A DNA stretch of 28,491 bases, from the NCBI GenBank assembly GCA_043819795.1, contig JBDREN010000033.1, positions 1-28,491 on the forward strand, written 5' to 3'. Positions 10,451 through 19,619 of this stretch are shown here, in pieces. Position 1 is the stretch's first letter; the number at the start of each line of letters is the position of its first letter. The notes beneath the pieces are model-generated. The model was not told the origin of the DNA and made no database searches. It was given only the letters and a program-made list of their open reading frames with translations. Source of the DNA: Elusimicrobiota bacterium. Its GTDB lineage: Bacteria > Elusimicrobiota > Elusimicrobia > UBA1565. The position numbers and the translations under genes were made by a program.

Positions 10451-10486
10451 TGCGCGGTTCCGCCCAGATGTGCGTGTAATCGCGCA
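10451..10486. promoter_or_regulatory. Tandem candidate upstream activator sites
   Basis: TGCGCG-GTTC-CGCCCA (10451-10466) and TGCGTG-TAAT-CGCGCA (10471-10486), 20 bp start-to-start; both resemble 2581-2596. Confidence 0.6.
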
Positions 10487-10534
10487 CGTGGACGCCATTC
10501 CCGGGGATACCTAACGATTTTGACTGAGAAAGCG

Positions 10535-10551
10535 CTGGCCAATACGTTGCT
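10535..10551 (+). promoter_or_regulatory. sigma54 promoter of hemA-mtrA-mtrB
   Basis: CTGGCCAATACGTTGCT: GG 10537-10538, 10 nt, GC 10549-10550. Confidence 0.85.
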
Positions 10552-10573
10552 GTTTATTGTATTACTAGTCTGA

Positions 10574-11647
10574 ATGCACGCCATGACGCCGAGTTTCACG
10601 GTCGTCGGATTGAGCCACGTTTCAGCCCCCGTGGGGGTTCGGGAGCGGCTTTCGCTGAACGAAAAGGAGAGGAATACCATCTGCCTGCTCGCCGGACGCG
10701 AGTGCGGCATGGATGAGGCGGTCGTCCTGGCCACCTGCAGCCGCTTCGAGGTCTACGGGAACATCACCGAGGAGCGCCTGGGAGCCGTCAAGGATTGGCT
10801 CTGCCGGAGGGCGGGTCAGGATCTGGGCCCCATGCTGTATTCACACCGCGGGCGCGAGGCGGTCCGGCACCTGTGCCGCGTCGCCGCGGGCATGGACTCC
10901 TGGCTGGTCGGAGAGACCGAGATCCTCGGCCAGGTGAAGGCGGCCTACCTCCGGGCCTGCGGCCAGGGCACGGCCGGACGCGCCTGCCACTTGGCTTTCC
11001 AAAGGACCCTGAACGTAGCCAGGAGGGTGCGGCGCGAGACGAACATCGTGGGGGGCATCGCCTCCATCGGCGGCGCGGCCTCGGTCCTGGCCCGGCGCAT
11101 CTTCACCGACCTCCAAGAGAAGCGCATCCTGGTCTTCGGCGCCGGGGCCATGGCCGAGTCCACGGTCCGGCACCTTTGCGCGAAAGGGGTCAGCGGGGTC
11201 TGGGTCAGCAACCGCAGCCTGGATAGGGCGGGGAAGCTGGCCGCGCGCCTGGGCGGCGTCGCTTGCTCGCTGGAGGACGGATTCAATCTTCTGACCGAAG
11301 CGGACATCGCGGTCGTGTCCACCGGCGCGGACGGCTATCTGATCGACGCCGCCCGCGCCGAAGCCGTCTCCCGCCGCCGGGGATCGAAGCCGCTTTTCAT
11401 CATCGACATCGCGGTGCCGCGCAACGTCGATCCGGCGGCGGGGGACGTTTCGGGCATCTATCTTTACGACATCGACAGTCTCCGAAAGATCGTCGAGGAC
11501 AGCCTCGCCAATCGCAGGAAGGACATCGACGAGGCGGACGGGATCGTGGCCGAGGAGTCCCGGGACCTCTGGGACCGCATCGTCCGCCCGCCGGATACGG
11601 CAGGCTCGGGGCGCGGGCCGCGCGGGGAGGCGGCGCTGGTCGGGTGA
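10574..11647 (+). CDS. hemA: Glutamyl-tRNA reductase (short form; start may be 10583)
   Basis: VVGLSH..AP...RE, catalytic ATCSRFEVY, GMDSWLVGETEILGQVK, NADPH-binding GAGAMA, SNRS, and IIDIAVPRNVDP...LYDID. Confidence 0.93.
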   Translation: MHAMTPSFTVVGLSHVSAPVGVRERLSLNEKERNTICLLAGRECGMDEAVVLATCSRFEVYGNITEERLGAVKDWLCRRAGQDLGPMLYSHRGREAVRHLCRVAAGMDSWLVGETEILGQVKAAYLRACGQGTAGRACHLAFQRTLNVARRVRRETNIVGGIASIGGAASVLARRIFTDLQEKRILVFGAGAMAESTVRHLCAKGVSGVWVSNRSLDRAGKLAARLGGVACSLEDGFNLLTEADIAVVSTGADGYLIDAARAEAVSRRRGSKPLFIIDIAVPRNVDPAAGDVSGIYLYDIDSLRKIVEDSLANRRKDIDEADGIVAEESRDLWDRIVRPPDTAGSGRGPRGEAALVG

Positions 11648-11833
11648 CCGCATGATTTCGAGAGGAGTTCGCAGACGGGCCGCCCGTTTCAGGCCTTCGT
11701 TCCAGGCCTACCGCTGGGCGGCGACGCGCAGGGAAGGCGGACTGATCACGATCGGCGGACGGCTGTCCCGCTGGACGACGGCGGACGACCGCCGCCGGGG
11801 CTCGAGAGCCTAAGACGCATTCGGGAGGTCTTT

Positions 11834-12736
11834 ATGAGATTCAGCGCGATCAAGGCGACGGGATGGATCACCTTCGCGGCCGCGGCCGCCATCTTGCTCG
11901 GCGTCATGCAGAACCCGGAAAGCCGGGCTTCCGCGCAAGGCTCGGGCGACGCCGAGCTCATCGGATCCTCGACCTGCTCCGCCTGCCACACGGACCATGC
12001 GAAGGCGTTCGAGAAGACGCTCCACGGGAGGAAGCTCCCGGTCGTCAAGAACATCCCCTTAGAGAAGTCCTGCGAGACCTGTCACGGCCCGGGCTCGAAG
12101 CATGCCGAGGCCGGCGGGAACAAGAACGACCCCGGCTTCTCCACGATCGGGAAGGTGAGCGCGGACACCTGCCTGAGCTGCCACAAGGGCGGGGAGACCA
12201 AGCTCTGGGACGTCAGCGCGCACGCTCAGGCGGGCCTCGACTGCACGAAATGCCACGGCGTGCACAAGGGGGAGGGCACCAAGAACCTGATCCTTTCCCC
12301 GAACGAGACCTGCCTCCAGTGCCACAAGAAGAACAGGCTGGCGATGAACCTGCCCTCGCATCATCCCATGAAGGAGGGGAAGATGAGCTGCGCCAGCTGC
12401 CACAACCCGCACGGCGGGGAGTTCGGCAACCTGAGAGCGGAAAACACGACGGAGCTGTGCTTCAAGTGCCACGCGGAGAAGGCCGGGCCCTTCATCCACG
12501 AGCATCCGCCGGTCTCGGAGGACTGCAAGATCTGCCACGAGCCCCACGGCTCCCAGAACCACCGGCTCCTCAAGAAGAAGCAGCCGCTGCTCTGCCTGGG
12601 CTGCCACAAGCTGCCGCACTGGTCAACAGGCGCCATAGGCACCCCGTCTCTACAGGTGAGGCGGCTCTATTACCAGTGCACGAACTGTCACCGGGAGATA
12701 CACGGCTCGGATCAGAAGAAGCGCTTCGTCCCTTGA
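11834..12736 (+). CDS. mtrA: MtrA/DmsE/PioA/MtoA-family periplasmic decaheme cytochrome c
   Basis: SD GGGAGG, signal peptide and 10 CxxCH. Family motifs: CETCHGPGSKH, PSHHPMKEGKMSCASCHNPHG, CFKCHAEKAGPFIHEHPPV.EDC..CHEPHGS, CTNCH.EIHGS. Confidence 0.9.
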   Translation: MRFSAIKATGWITFAAAAAILLGVMQNPESRASAQGSGDAELIGSSTCSACHTDHAKAFEKTLHGRKLPVVKNIPLEKSCETCHGPGSKHAEAGGNKNDPGFSTIGKVSADTCLSCHKGGETKLWDVSAHAQAGLDCTKCHGVHKGEGTKNLILSPNETCLQCHKKNRLAMNLPSHHPMKEGKMSCASCHNPHGGEFGNLRAENTTELCFKCHAEKAGPFIHEHPPVSEDCKICHEPHGSQNHRLLKKKQPLLCLGCHKLPHWSTGAIGTPSLQVRRLYYQCTNCHREIHGSDQKKRFVP

Positions 12737-12778
12737 TGGGGAGCGTTCGACACTCGGGATTCGCGTGAAGGAGGTCTG

Positions 12779-14821
12779 ATGGCATACACGATATGGACGG
12801 TGACCCTGGCGTCGTCGCTGCTCCTCCCGTGGGGGCGTTCCGCCCGGGCGGCGGACGCCTCTGCCGGCGGAGAAATACGCTTCGTGAACATTGACAACCT
12901 GGGCCCCACCCAGGGGAGGGTCCGCGAGTACGACGGCCGGCAGCGGGACGGGTTCGAGACCGACCTCTGGCTTCGGTCGGCCTTCGGAAACACGCTGCTC
13001 GACCTAGGGGCGAAGGACCTCAACAGCGGCAACGACGGCGCGTACGCGAACTCGACCTGGAGGCACCTCAACAGCGGAAATGAGAGCGCGTACCTGGACT
13101 TGAACGTCGGGTCCCCGCTGCGCCTGCAGGGGGACCTCGGCATCCTGACCCACCGGCAGCCCGTTGTCTTGCACGGCATCATCATCAACGACGTGTACCT
13201 GAACGCCGCGGACGCCACGCCCGAATATGCGAGCGTCAACTACTTCCTGAACAGGTTCTACGGCCCGGAGGACCTGCTTTTCAAGCGCACGGAGAGCCAG
13301 GCGAAGCTGAGCCTCCGGTGCCCCACCCATCCCGCGAGCCTCAGCCTCAAGTACTGGCGCGAGGGCGAGCGCGGCGCCCAGCCCTTTGCCTACTACAACG
13401 GCAATCAATATGTCACGCGCCAGGACCTCGACCGGTATACCCGCGACATCACCGGGACGATCGAGTCGGGCGTCGGCGAGGGGCATGTGGCCTATGAGTT
13501 CATGACGAGGAAGTTCGCGGAGAACGCCCCCACCGCCGTGGACTCGACCGACGCCGGCTCCAACGGCATCATGCTCGAGAAGTACCTCAACATAATCTCC
13601 GACCAGAGCGTCAGGAAGCACAGCCTCTCCGGGACCTACCGGCTCAGGCCCAACCTGAAGGTCGCCGGAGGATTGTCCAGCCGCACACGGGAGCGCCACG
13701 AGACCCATTACAAGATGAGGGCCAATTCGGCCCACGCCGCGGTCGCCTACAAGCCGGCGAAGGACCTCTCCATCACCGGCAGGGCCTACGGCCGGGCGAC
13801 CAAGACCGAGGAGAACGAGGGCCACCCGATGTATCTGTACGATTTCCCGGCGGGGACCAACGCCGGCGTGGACAGCCTTGACTTTTACTCGTATAAGGGC
13901 GATCTCAAAATCAGCTACACGGGCATCAAGCATGTGGCATTCAAGGCGGGGTACAAGCCGTCGCACACCTACCGCCGCAACGCGGGCCTTCATTCCGAAC
14001 GGGAGACGTTCGCCAACGCGATCACGTATCAGGACGGGGTCAGCCATCCCGCATACACCATCGAGAACCCGACGGAGGCCAAGGACACCCGCCACGCCGT
14101 CAGCGCCGGCGTGGATTTCTCGCTTCCCGCGGACGCGCAGCTGGAGCTGGAGGCCGAGTGGCTCACGGCCAACCGGAGCGCGTATCAGTTCATGTCCACC
14201 TCGGAGAACGAGCAGAACGCGACGCTGACCGTGCCCTTCGGCCAGCGGACGCATTTCTTCGCGTCCGGAGGCACCCTTCTGTCTAAGAACGACAAAGCCT
14301 CGTTCGCGAAGTTCCGGAAGCGGCTGTCCCGGATCCTCTTCGGCCTCATGTGGATGGACAAGAAGGACCGGGGTTCGGCGGGTCTGAACTGCTCGTTCGA
14401 GGACGGCGAGGAGATCTTCGACGTATTCTACGACGAGAAAGACCCGGCCGCGGGCAGCGAAGGCCAGATCCATCTCGCCATGCCGTACCAGTACAAGAAC
14501 CACGTGATCTCGGGGAACGGGACGGTAAACCTGCCGTGGAACACGAGCCTCTCCGCGGACGCCTCCTACATCGAGTCCAAAGGCGACAATCTGACGCTGG
14601 GCGTCTTTAACCCGTACCTCACGCCGGCCGTGACGGCGGCGAACCTCTACCCGACCGATGTCCGGATCATCCATTGGGGCGTCTCGGCGGCGTACGAGGC
14701 GATAAAGAACGTAACGGCGAGGTTGGGCTACAATCAGTCGGTCTGGCTCGACGCCTACGACGGCGGCGCCAACAACGGCCGTGCCCATGTCGCGAGCTTC
14801 GACCTGTCCGCGAAGTTCTGA
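12779..14821 (+). CDS. mtrB: MtrB/PioB-type outer-membrane beta-barrel (porin of a porin-cytochrome complex)
   Basis: Directly after the decaheme gene; SD AAGGAGG; signal peptide; 680 aa; N-terminal RVREYDG motif; amphipathic beta strands; C-terminal Phe (FDLSAKF). The assignment rests mainly on context and architecture. Confidence 0.75.
   Translation: MAYTIWTVTLASSLLLPWGRSARAADASAGGEIRFVNIDNLGPTQGRVREYDGRQRDGFETDLWLRSAFGNTLLDLGAKDLNSGNDGAYANSTWRHLNSGNESAYLDLNVGSPLRLQGDLGILTHRQPVVLHGIIINDVYLNAADATPEYASVNYFLNRFYGPEDLLFKRTESQAKLSLRCPTHPASLSLKYWREGERGAQPFAYYNGNQYVTRQDLDRYTRDITGTIESGVGEGHVAYEFMTRKFAENAPTAVDSTDAGSNGIMLEKYLNIISDQSVRKHSLSGTYRLRPNLKVAGGLSSRTRERHETHYKMRANSAHAAVAYKPAKDLSITGRAYGRATKTEENEGHPMYLYDFPAGTNAGVDSLDFYSYKGDLKISYTGIKHVAFKAGYKPSHTYRRNAGLHSERETFANAITYQDGVSHPAYTIENPTEAKDTRHAVSAGVDFSLPADAQLELEAEWLTANRSAYQFMSTSENEQNATLTVPFGQRTHFFASGGTLLSKNDKASFAKFRKRLSRILFGLMWMDKKDRGSAGLNCSFEDGEEIFDVFYDEKDPAAGSEGQIHLAMPYQYKNHVISGNGTVNLPWNTSLSADASYIESKGDNLTLGVFNPYLTPAVTAANLYPTDVRIIHWGVSAAYEAIKNVTARLGYNQSVWLDAYDGGANNGRAHVASFDLSAKF
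13017..13105 (+). repeat. 48-bp imperfect tandem duplication within mtrB
   Basis: acctcaacagcgg..gcgcgtac begins at 13017 and again at 13065, encoding DLNSGNDGAY / HLNSGNESAY. Confidence 0.75.
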
Positions 14822-14970
14822 GCTTTCGGCCGGCGCGGTGCGTTGACGACTCCGGGCTGATCACAGCCGGACGACCTCCTTCTTCGCATCCCGGGCCCTA
14901 TTAGGCGGGGCCCGTCCCGGCGGCTCCGGGAGCCGGCCAACCCGCTCCCGCGGGATTCGCGGGGCGGAAC

Positions 14971-15008
14971 GGGCCCGATGCCTTCAAGGCTCGGGCCCCG
15001 TTTGTTGT
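14971..15008 (+). terminator. Probable intrinsic terminator after mtrB
   Basis: GGGCCCGA-t-GCCT-tca-AGGC-TCGGGCCC stem followed by cgTTTGTTGT. Confidence 0.55.
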
Positions 15009-15047
15009 GCTTGTCCCGGCGCCGCGCGCTCCGGGGAGATGACGCCA

Positions 15048-15359
15048 ATGGCCTTACCCAATTGCTGGGAGATCATGAAGTGCGGCCGGGAGCCCGGGGG
15101 CGTGAACGCCGGCCATTCGGGCGTATGCCCGGCCTTCCCGGACTACGGGCACAGCTGCTGGGGCGTCGCGGGCACCGTATGCGGCGACGACGCTCCCGGG
15201 ACCTTCGCGGGCAAGAAGTGGGGCTGTCTGGACTGCGAGGTCTTCAAGCGCTACGAGAGGCTCTCCGGGATCTGCGGAGAGCAGCTTGAGAGAGAGTATC
15301 CCGAAGAGGTCCGCAGGTTCGCCGACCTCATGGTGCGTCGGGCCTACGGAAACAAGTAA
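15048..15359 (+). CDS. Two-CW domain Cys-rich protein
   Basis: NCWEIMKCGREPGG..GVCPA..SCWGVAGTVC..CLDCEVF pattern with 8 Cys. SD GGGGAG spacing favours the ATG at 15048 over 15039. Confidence 0.8.
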   Translation: MALPNCWEIMKCGREPGGVNAGHSGVCPAFPDYGHSCWGVAGTVCGDDAPGTFAGKKWGCLDCEVFKRYERLSGICGEQLEREYPEEVRRFADLMVRRAYGNK

Positions 15360-15365
15360 CCTTCC

Positions 15366-15395
15366 GCCCGGCCCGGGCCGCGGGAGCCGGGCCCG
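15366..15395. terminator. GC-rich hairpin between convergent genes
   Basis: GGCCCGG...CCGGGCC inverted repeat between the two-CW stop (15359) and the aceF stop (15399). Confidence 0.4.
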
Positions 15396-15398
15396 ATA

Positions 15399-16838
15399 TC
15401 AAGCCGAGTCTTCCAAAGAAAGGACAAGGGGATGCCGGAACGCGTCCGCCACCCAGCGCAGGAAGCGGGCGCCGTCGGCCCCGTCGATGATGCGGTGGTC
15501 GTAGGATAGGGAAAGCGGCAGCATGAGCCGCGGGGCGCAGACCCCTCCCGAGAAAGAGGGCTCCTGGGCCGCCCTCGAGATGCCGAGGATCGCCACCTCC
15601 GGCCAGTTAACAATGGGCGAGAACTGCGTCCCGCCGATGCCCCCAAGATTCGTGATCGTGAAGCACCCGCCCCGCATGTCCTCCATGGACAGCTTCCGGG
15701 CGCGCGCCTGGGCCGAGACGCGGACGAGCTCCGCCGAGAGCTCGATGATGCCTTTCTTGTCCGCGTCGCGGATCACCGGCACCAATAATCCCCGCTCGGT
15801 ATCCACGGCCACGCCGATGTGGACGTACTTCTTGTGGACGATCTCGCCCGCCGCCTCGTCCAGGCTCGCGTTGAACTGAGGGAAGCGCTTGAGGGCCGCG
15901 GCGCAGATCTTGAGCGCGACCGCGGTGACGGTGAACTTGCCGCCTTTCTCCTCGAAACGCTTGGCGTAGCGTTTGCGCATGTCCTCGAGCTCGGTGATGT
16001 CCGTCTTGTCGTACTGGGTGACGTGGGGCACGCGGAGCCAGGCCGCGCTCATGTGGCGAGCCGTGCTGGCGCGCACGCTCGTCATGGGCTTGCGCTCGAC
16101 CTCCCCCCACTTGGCGAAGTCCGGCAGCGCCGCCGGCGCGGGAGCGGGCGGCTGTCCGACCGTCGAAGCGGGCCCCGCGGCCGCCCGCGCGCGAGCGTAC
16201 GCCTTGACGTCCTCGATGGATATCCTCCCCGCCGGGCCCGAGCCCGACACCGAGGCGATGTCCACGCCGATCTCGCGAGCGAAACGGCGGACCGAAGGAG
16301 CGGCCGGACCCGCCGGGGCAGCGCTGGGCCCTTCCGCGCCGGCGGCGGCGCGATCCTCCGTGGGCCTCGCGACGGGATCCTTCGCCTCCTGGACCCCTCC
16401 GGCGGGCTCGGCCGCGGGGGGCGCGGCGTCGACCCCGGCAGGGGCGCCGTGCCGGACGCCCTCAGGAGATGTCTTGGCGACCGGTGCGGCGTCGACCCCG
16501 GCAGGGGCGCCGTGCCGGCCGCCCTCGGGAGCGGCGTCGGCGGCAGGCGCCGACGACAATGCATCCGCCTTTTCAACGCCCGCGGCGGACTTGCGGCCGT
16601 CGCCGTCCTCGAACCTGAGGATCGCCTGTCCGGGCTTGACCTTGTCCCCGGCCTTGGCCAGTATCTCGGCTACTCGGCCGCTCAAAGGCGAGGGCACCTC
16701 GAGCGCGGCCTTCTCGGTCTCGAGCTCGATGACCGGCTGGTCCTTGACGACCTCGTCCCCTTCCTTGACGAGGACCGTGACCACGTCCCCTGATTCGATG
16801 TTTTCGCCCAGGTCGGGCAGCTTGAATTCGGTCGCCAT
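15399..16838 (-). CDS. aceF: Pyruvate dehydrogenase E2, dihydrolipoamide acetyltransferase (one lipoyl domain)
   Basis: Lipoyl domain LPDLGE..LETEKAALEVPS, E3-binding APSVRRFARE.GVD..V.GSGP.GRI, and catalytic FTITNLGGIG..LSYDHRIIDG; directly downstream of aceE. Confidence 0.93.
   Translation of the reverse strand: MATEFKLPDLGENIESGDVVTVLVKEGDEVVKDQPVIELETEKAALEVPSPLSGRVAEILAKAGDKVKPGQAILRFEDGDGRKSAAGVEKADALSSAPAADAAPEGGRHGAPAGVDAAPVAKTSPEGVRHGAPAGVDAAPPAAEPAGGVQEAKDPVARPTEDRAAAGAEGPSAAPAGPAAPSVRRFAREIGVDIASVSGSGPAGRISIEDVKAYARARAAAGPASTVGQPPAPAPAALPDFAKWGEVERKPMTSVRASTARHMSAAWLRVPHVTQYDKTDITELEDMRKRYAKRFEEKGGKFTVTAVALKICAAALKRFPQFNASLDEAAGEIVHKKYVHIGVAVDTERGLLVPVIRDADKKGIIELSAELVRVSAQARARKLSMEDMRGGCFTITNLGGIGGTQFSPIVNWPEVAILGISRAAQEPSFSGGVCAPRLMLPLSLSYDHRIIDGADGARFLRWVADAFRHPLVLSLEDSA
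16423..16530 (-). repeat. In-frame palindromic coding repeat, copies 3 and 4 (tandem, 63-bp period) in the aceF linker
   Basis: Cores at 16423-16467 and 16486-16530, encoding PEGGRHGAPAGVDAAP-VAKTS-PEGVRHGAPAGVDAAP. Confidence 0.9.
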
Positions 16839-16841
16839 GAG

Positions 16842-19505
16842 TTACTCCAGGATGGGGTCCGCCTTCTCGGGGTCTATCTCCAGCTCCTTCATAGCCTTGG
16901 CCACCGCGGAGGCCGGGAGCTTGCCCTCGCGGAACAGGGCGTTGAGCGCCGCCAGGGCGATGAACCGGGCGTCCACCTCGAAGAAGTCCCGCAGAGCCTC
17001 GCGAGTCTCGCTGCGCCCGAACCCGTCGGTGCCCAAGGTCCACAGCTTCCTCGGAAACGCGCCCGCGACCGCCTCGGGCAGCGCCCGCGCGTAATCCGTG
17101 GCCGCCACAAAGACACCCTGCTCGTCATTGAGGCACTCCTCGACATAGGAGAGCCGGGGAGGCTCCTCCGGATGGAGCATGTTGTGGCGCTGGACCATGC
17201 GCGCGTCCCGGCAGAGCTGCTTGTAGCTGGTCACGCTCCAGACGTCCGCGGCCACGCCTAACTTGTTTTCGAGGAGCTCCCGCGCGGCCAGGGCCTCGTG
17301 CAGGATGGCGCCGCTCCCGAAGAGCTGGGCGCGCGGTCCCCCGCCGCCCTTCTCGGACGCCCTGAACTTGTACATGCCCTTCAGGATGCCCCGCTCGACC
17401 CCCTCGCCCGCGGGCATGGCCGGCATGGGATAGTTCTCGTTGCCGACCGTGACGTAGTAGAAGATGTCCTCGCGCGCCTCGTACATCCGGCGGATGCCCT
17501 CGCGCACGATCACGGCGATCTCATAGGCGAACGCGGGATCGTAGCTGACCAGGTTCGGGACCGTCAAGGCCAGGACGTGGCTGTTGCCGTCCTGATGCTG
17601 GAGACCCTCGCCGGCGAGGGTGGTGCGGCCCGACGTGGCTCCCACCAGGAAGCCCTTGGTCCTCATGTCGCCCGCCGCCCATACCAGGTCCCCGACCCGT
17701 TGAAGCCCGAACATGGAGTAAAAGAGGAAGAAGGGGATCATGTTGATCCCGTGCGTGGCGTAGGCGGTCCCGGCCGCGATGAATGAGGACAGCGAGCCCG
17801 CCTCGGTGATCCCCTCCTCGAGGATCTGGCCGTCTTGGGCTTCCTTATAGTAGATGAGCTGGTCCGAGTCCACGGGCTCGTAGAGCTGGCCCACGTGCGA
17901 ATAGATGCCGCACTGCCGGAACAGGGCCTCCATGCCGAAGGTGCGCGCCTCGTCCGGGACGATGGGCACGATAAGCCGGCCGAGGTCCTTGTCCTTGAGG
18001 AGCTTGGCCAGAAGGCGCACCAGGACCATGGTCGTGGAGACCTCCCGCTCTCCAGTTCCCTTCTTGAACTCCTCGAAGAGCGCCGCGGGCGGGGCCGGCA
18101 GCTTCGCAGCCCGGGGGGCGCGGGCCGGGACGGATCCCCCCAACGCCTCGCGCCGCTCGCGCACGTACCTGATCTCCGGGCTGTCGTCGGGAGGCCTGTA
18201 GAAGGGGGCTTCGGAAACGTCCTCGTCGGAGATGGGGATGCCGAACCGGGAGCGGAACTCCCGCAGCTCCTCCTCGTTGAGCTTCTTCTGCTGGTGGGTG
18301 ACGTTTCTCCCCTCGCCCGCCTCGCCGAGCCCGTATCCCTTGATGGTGTGCGCCAGGACGACGGTCGGCTGGCCCTTGTGCTCCGAGGCCGCCTTAAAGG
18401 CGGCGTATACCTTCTGGGGGTCGTGCCCGCCGCGCCTGAGACGGCGCAGCTCGTCGTCGGAGAGGTGCTCGACGAGCTTGAGCAGGCGCGGGGCCTTGCC
18501 GAAGTGGCGCTCGCGCAGCTTCGCCCCGCTCTCGACCACCCATCTCTGAAGCTCCCCGTCCGGCACCTCGTTCATGGCCCGCAGAAGCTCGTTGCCCTTG
18601 TCCTTGGCGAACAGCGGGTCCCAGTCCGCCCCCCACATGACCTTGATCACGTTCCAGCCCGCGCCCCGGAAGACCGCCTCGAGCTCCTGGATGATCTGCC
18701 CGTTGCCGCGCACCGGCCCGTCGAGCCGCTGCAGGTTGCAGTTGACCACGAAGATCAGGTTGTCGAGCTTCTCCCTGCCGGCCAACGATATCGAGCCCAA
18801 CGCCTCGGGCTCGTCGGTCTCCCCGTCGCCCAGGAAGGCCCAGACCTTGGCGTCCGAGGGCTTCTTGAGCCCGCGGTCCTCCAGATATCGGTTGAAGCGC
18901 GCCTGGTAGATCGCCATCAGGGGGCCCAAGCCCATCGAGACGGTCGGGAACTCCCAGAAGTCCGGCATCAGCCAGGGATGGGGGTATGAGGAGAGCCCGC
19001 CGCCAGGATGCAGCTCCCTCCTGAAGTTCTCGAGCTGGCCGGTCGTGAGCCTGCCCTCCAGGAAGGCCTGCGCGTAGATGCCCGGGGCGGCGTGGCCCTG
19101 GAAGTACACGATGTCCCCCTCCCGGCCCTCGCCGCGCCCGCGGAAGAAATGGTTGAAGCCGACCTGATAGAGGGTCGCCGCCGAGGCGTACGTGGAGATA
19201 TGGCCGCCGATGCCGGTGGACACCCGGTTGGCCCGGACCACCATGGCCATCGCGTTCCAGCGGTTCACGCTCTTGATCCGGCGCTCCAGAGCGCGATCGC
19301 CCGGATAGGGAGGCTCGTCCTCGGGGGGGATGGTATTGATATAGGGCGTCTTCGCGGTGAAGGGCATGCGCACGCCCGCGCCGTGGACGTGGCTTTCCAG
19401 GCGCTTGAGCAGGCCCTTGACCGGCTCCTGGCCCTCGCGCTCGAGGACCTCGTCAATGGAAGCCAGCCATTCCTTGGTCTGTGTATCGTCGCGCAAGTCG
19501 GCCAT
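16842..19505 (-). CDS. aceE: Pyruvate dehydrogenase E1, homodimeric type
   Basis: 887 aa with GGHISTYAS, LSSYPHPWLMPDFWEFPTVSMGLGP, TPP motif GDGETDEPE..NCNLQRLDGP, PDEARTFGME and GEGLQHQDG. Confidence 0.97.
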   Translation of the reverse strand: MADLRDDTQTKEWLASIDEVLEREGQEPVKGLLKRLESHVHGAGVRMPFTAKTPYINTIPPEDEPPYPGDRALERRIKSVNRWNAMAMVVRANRVSTGIGGHISTYASAATLYQVGFNHFFRGRGEGREGDIVYFQGHAAPGIYAQAFLEGRLTTGQLENFRRELHPGGGLSSYPHPWLMPDFWEFPTVSMGLGPLMAIYQARFNRYLEDRGLKKPSDAKVWAFLGDGETDEPEALGSISLAGREKLDNLIFVVNCNLQRLDGPVRGNGQIIQELEAVFRGAGWNVIKVMWGADWDPLFAKDKGNELLRAMNEVPDGELQRWVVESGAKLRERHFGKAPRLLKLVEHLSDDELRRLRRGGHDPQKVYAAFKAASEHKGQPTVVLAHTIKGYGLGEAGEGRNVTHQQKKLNEEELREFRSRFGIPISDEDVSEAPFYRPPDDSPEIRYVRERREALGGSVPARAPRAAKLPAPPAALFEEFKKGTGEREVSTTMVLVRLLAKLLKDKDLGRLIVPIVPDEARTFGMEALFRQCGIYSHVGQLYEPVDSDQLIYYKEAQDGQILEEGITEAGSLSSFIAAGTAYATHGINMIPFFLFYSMFGLQRVGDLVWAAGDMRTKGFLVGATSGRTTLAGEGLQHQDGNSHVLALTVPNLVSYDPAFAYEIAVIVREGIRRMYEAREDIFYYVTVGNENYPMPAMPAGEGVERGILKGMYKFRASEKGGGGPRAQLFGSGAILHEALAARELLENKLGVAADVWSVTSYKQLCRDARMVQRHNMLHPEEPPRLSYVEECLNDEQGVFVAATDYARALPEAVAGAFPRKLWTLGTDGFGRSETREALRDFFEVDARFIALAALNALFREGKLPASAVAKAMKELEIDPEKADPILE

Positions 19506-19619
19506 GATCTTCCTCCAGTCCCCTGTAGTTAATCTAATTTCCCCGCTTTCCTCAATAGAGTCCCCGGGATTTGTACTACAATACGCGGAGAAGGCTCATT
19601 TTTCATGAGGAGACCGACC

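Noticed and set aside
10363..10734. N-terminal extension of the kinase ORF to 606 aa
   Set aside because: It would run through the sigma54 promoter, the activator sites and the hemA start; the ATG at 10362 gives a normal TM-first kinase.
11648..11833. Riboswitch (e.g. cyclic dinucleotide GEMM) in the hemA-mtrA spacer
   Set aside because: Only short GC hairpins are present; I could not find the conserved GEMM elements.
16423..16530. CRISPR interpretation of the palindromic repeat
   Set aside because: There are only two tandem units with an 18-bp gap, in frame inside aceF, and no cas genes in the window.
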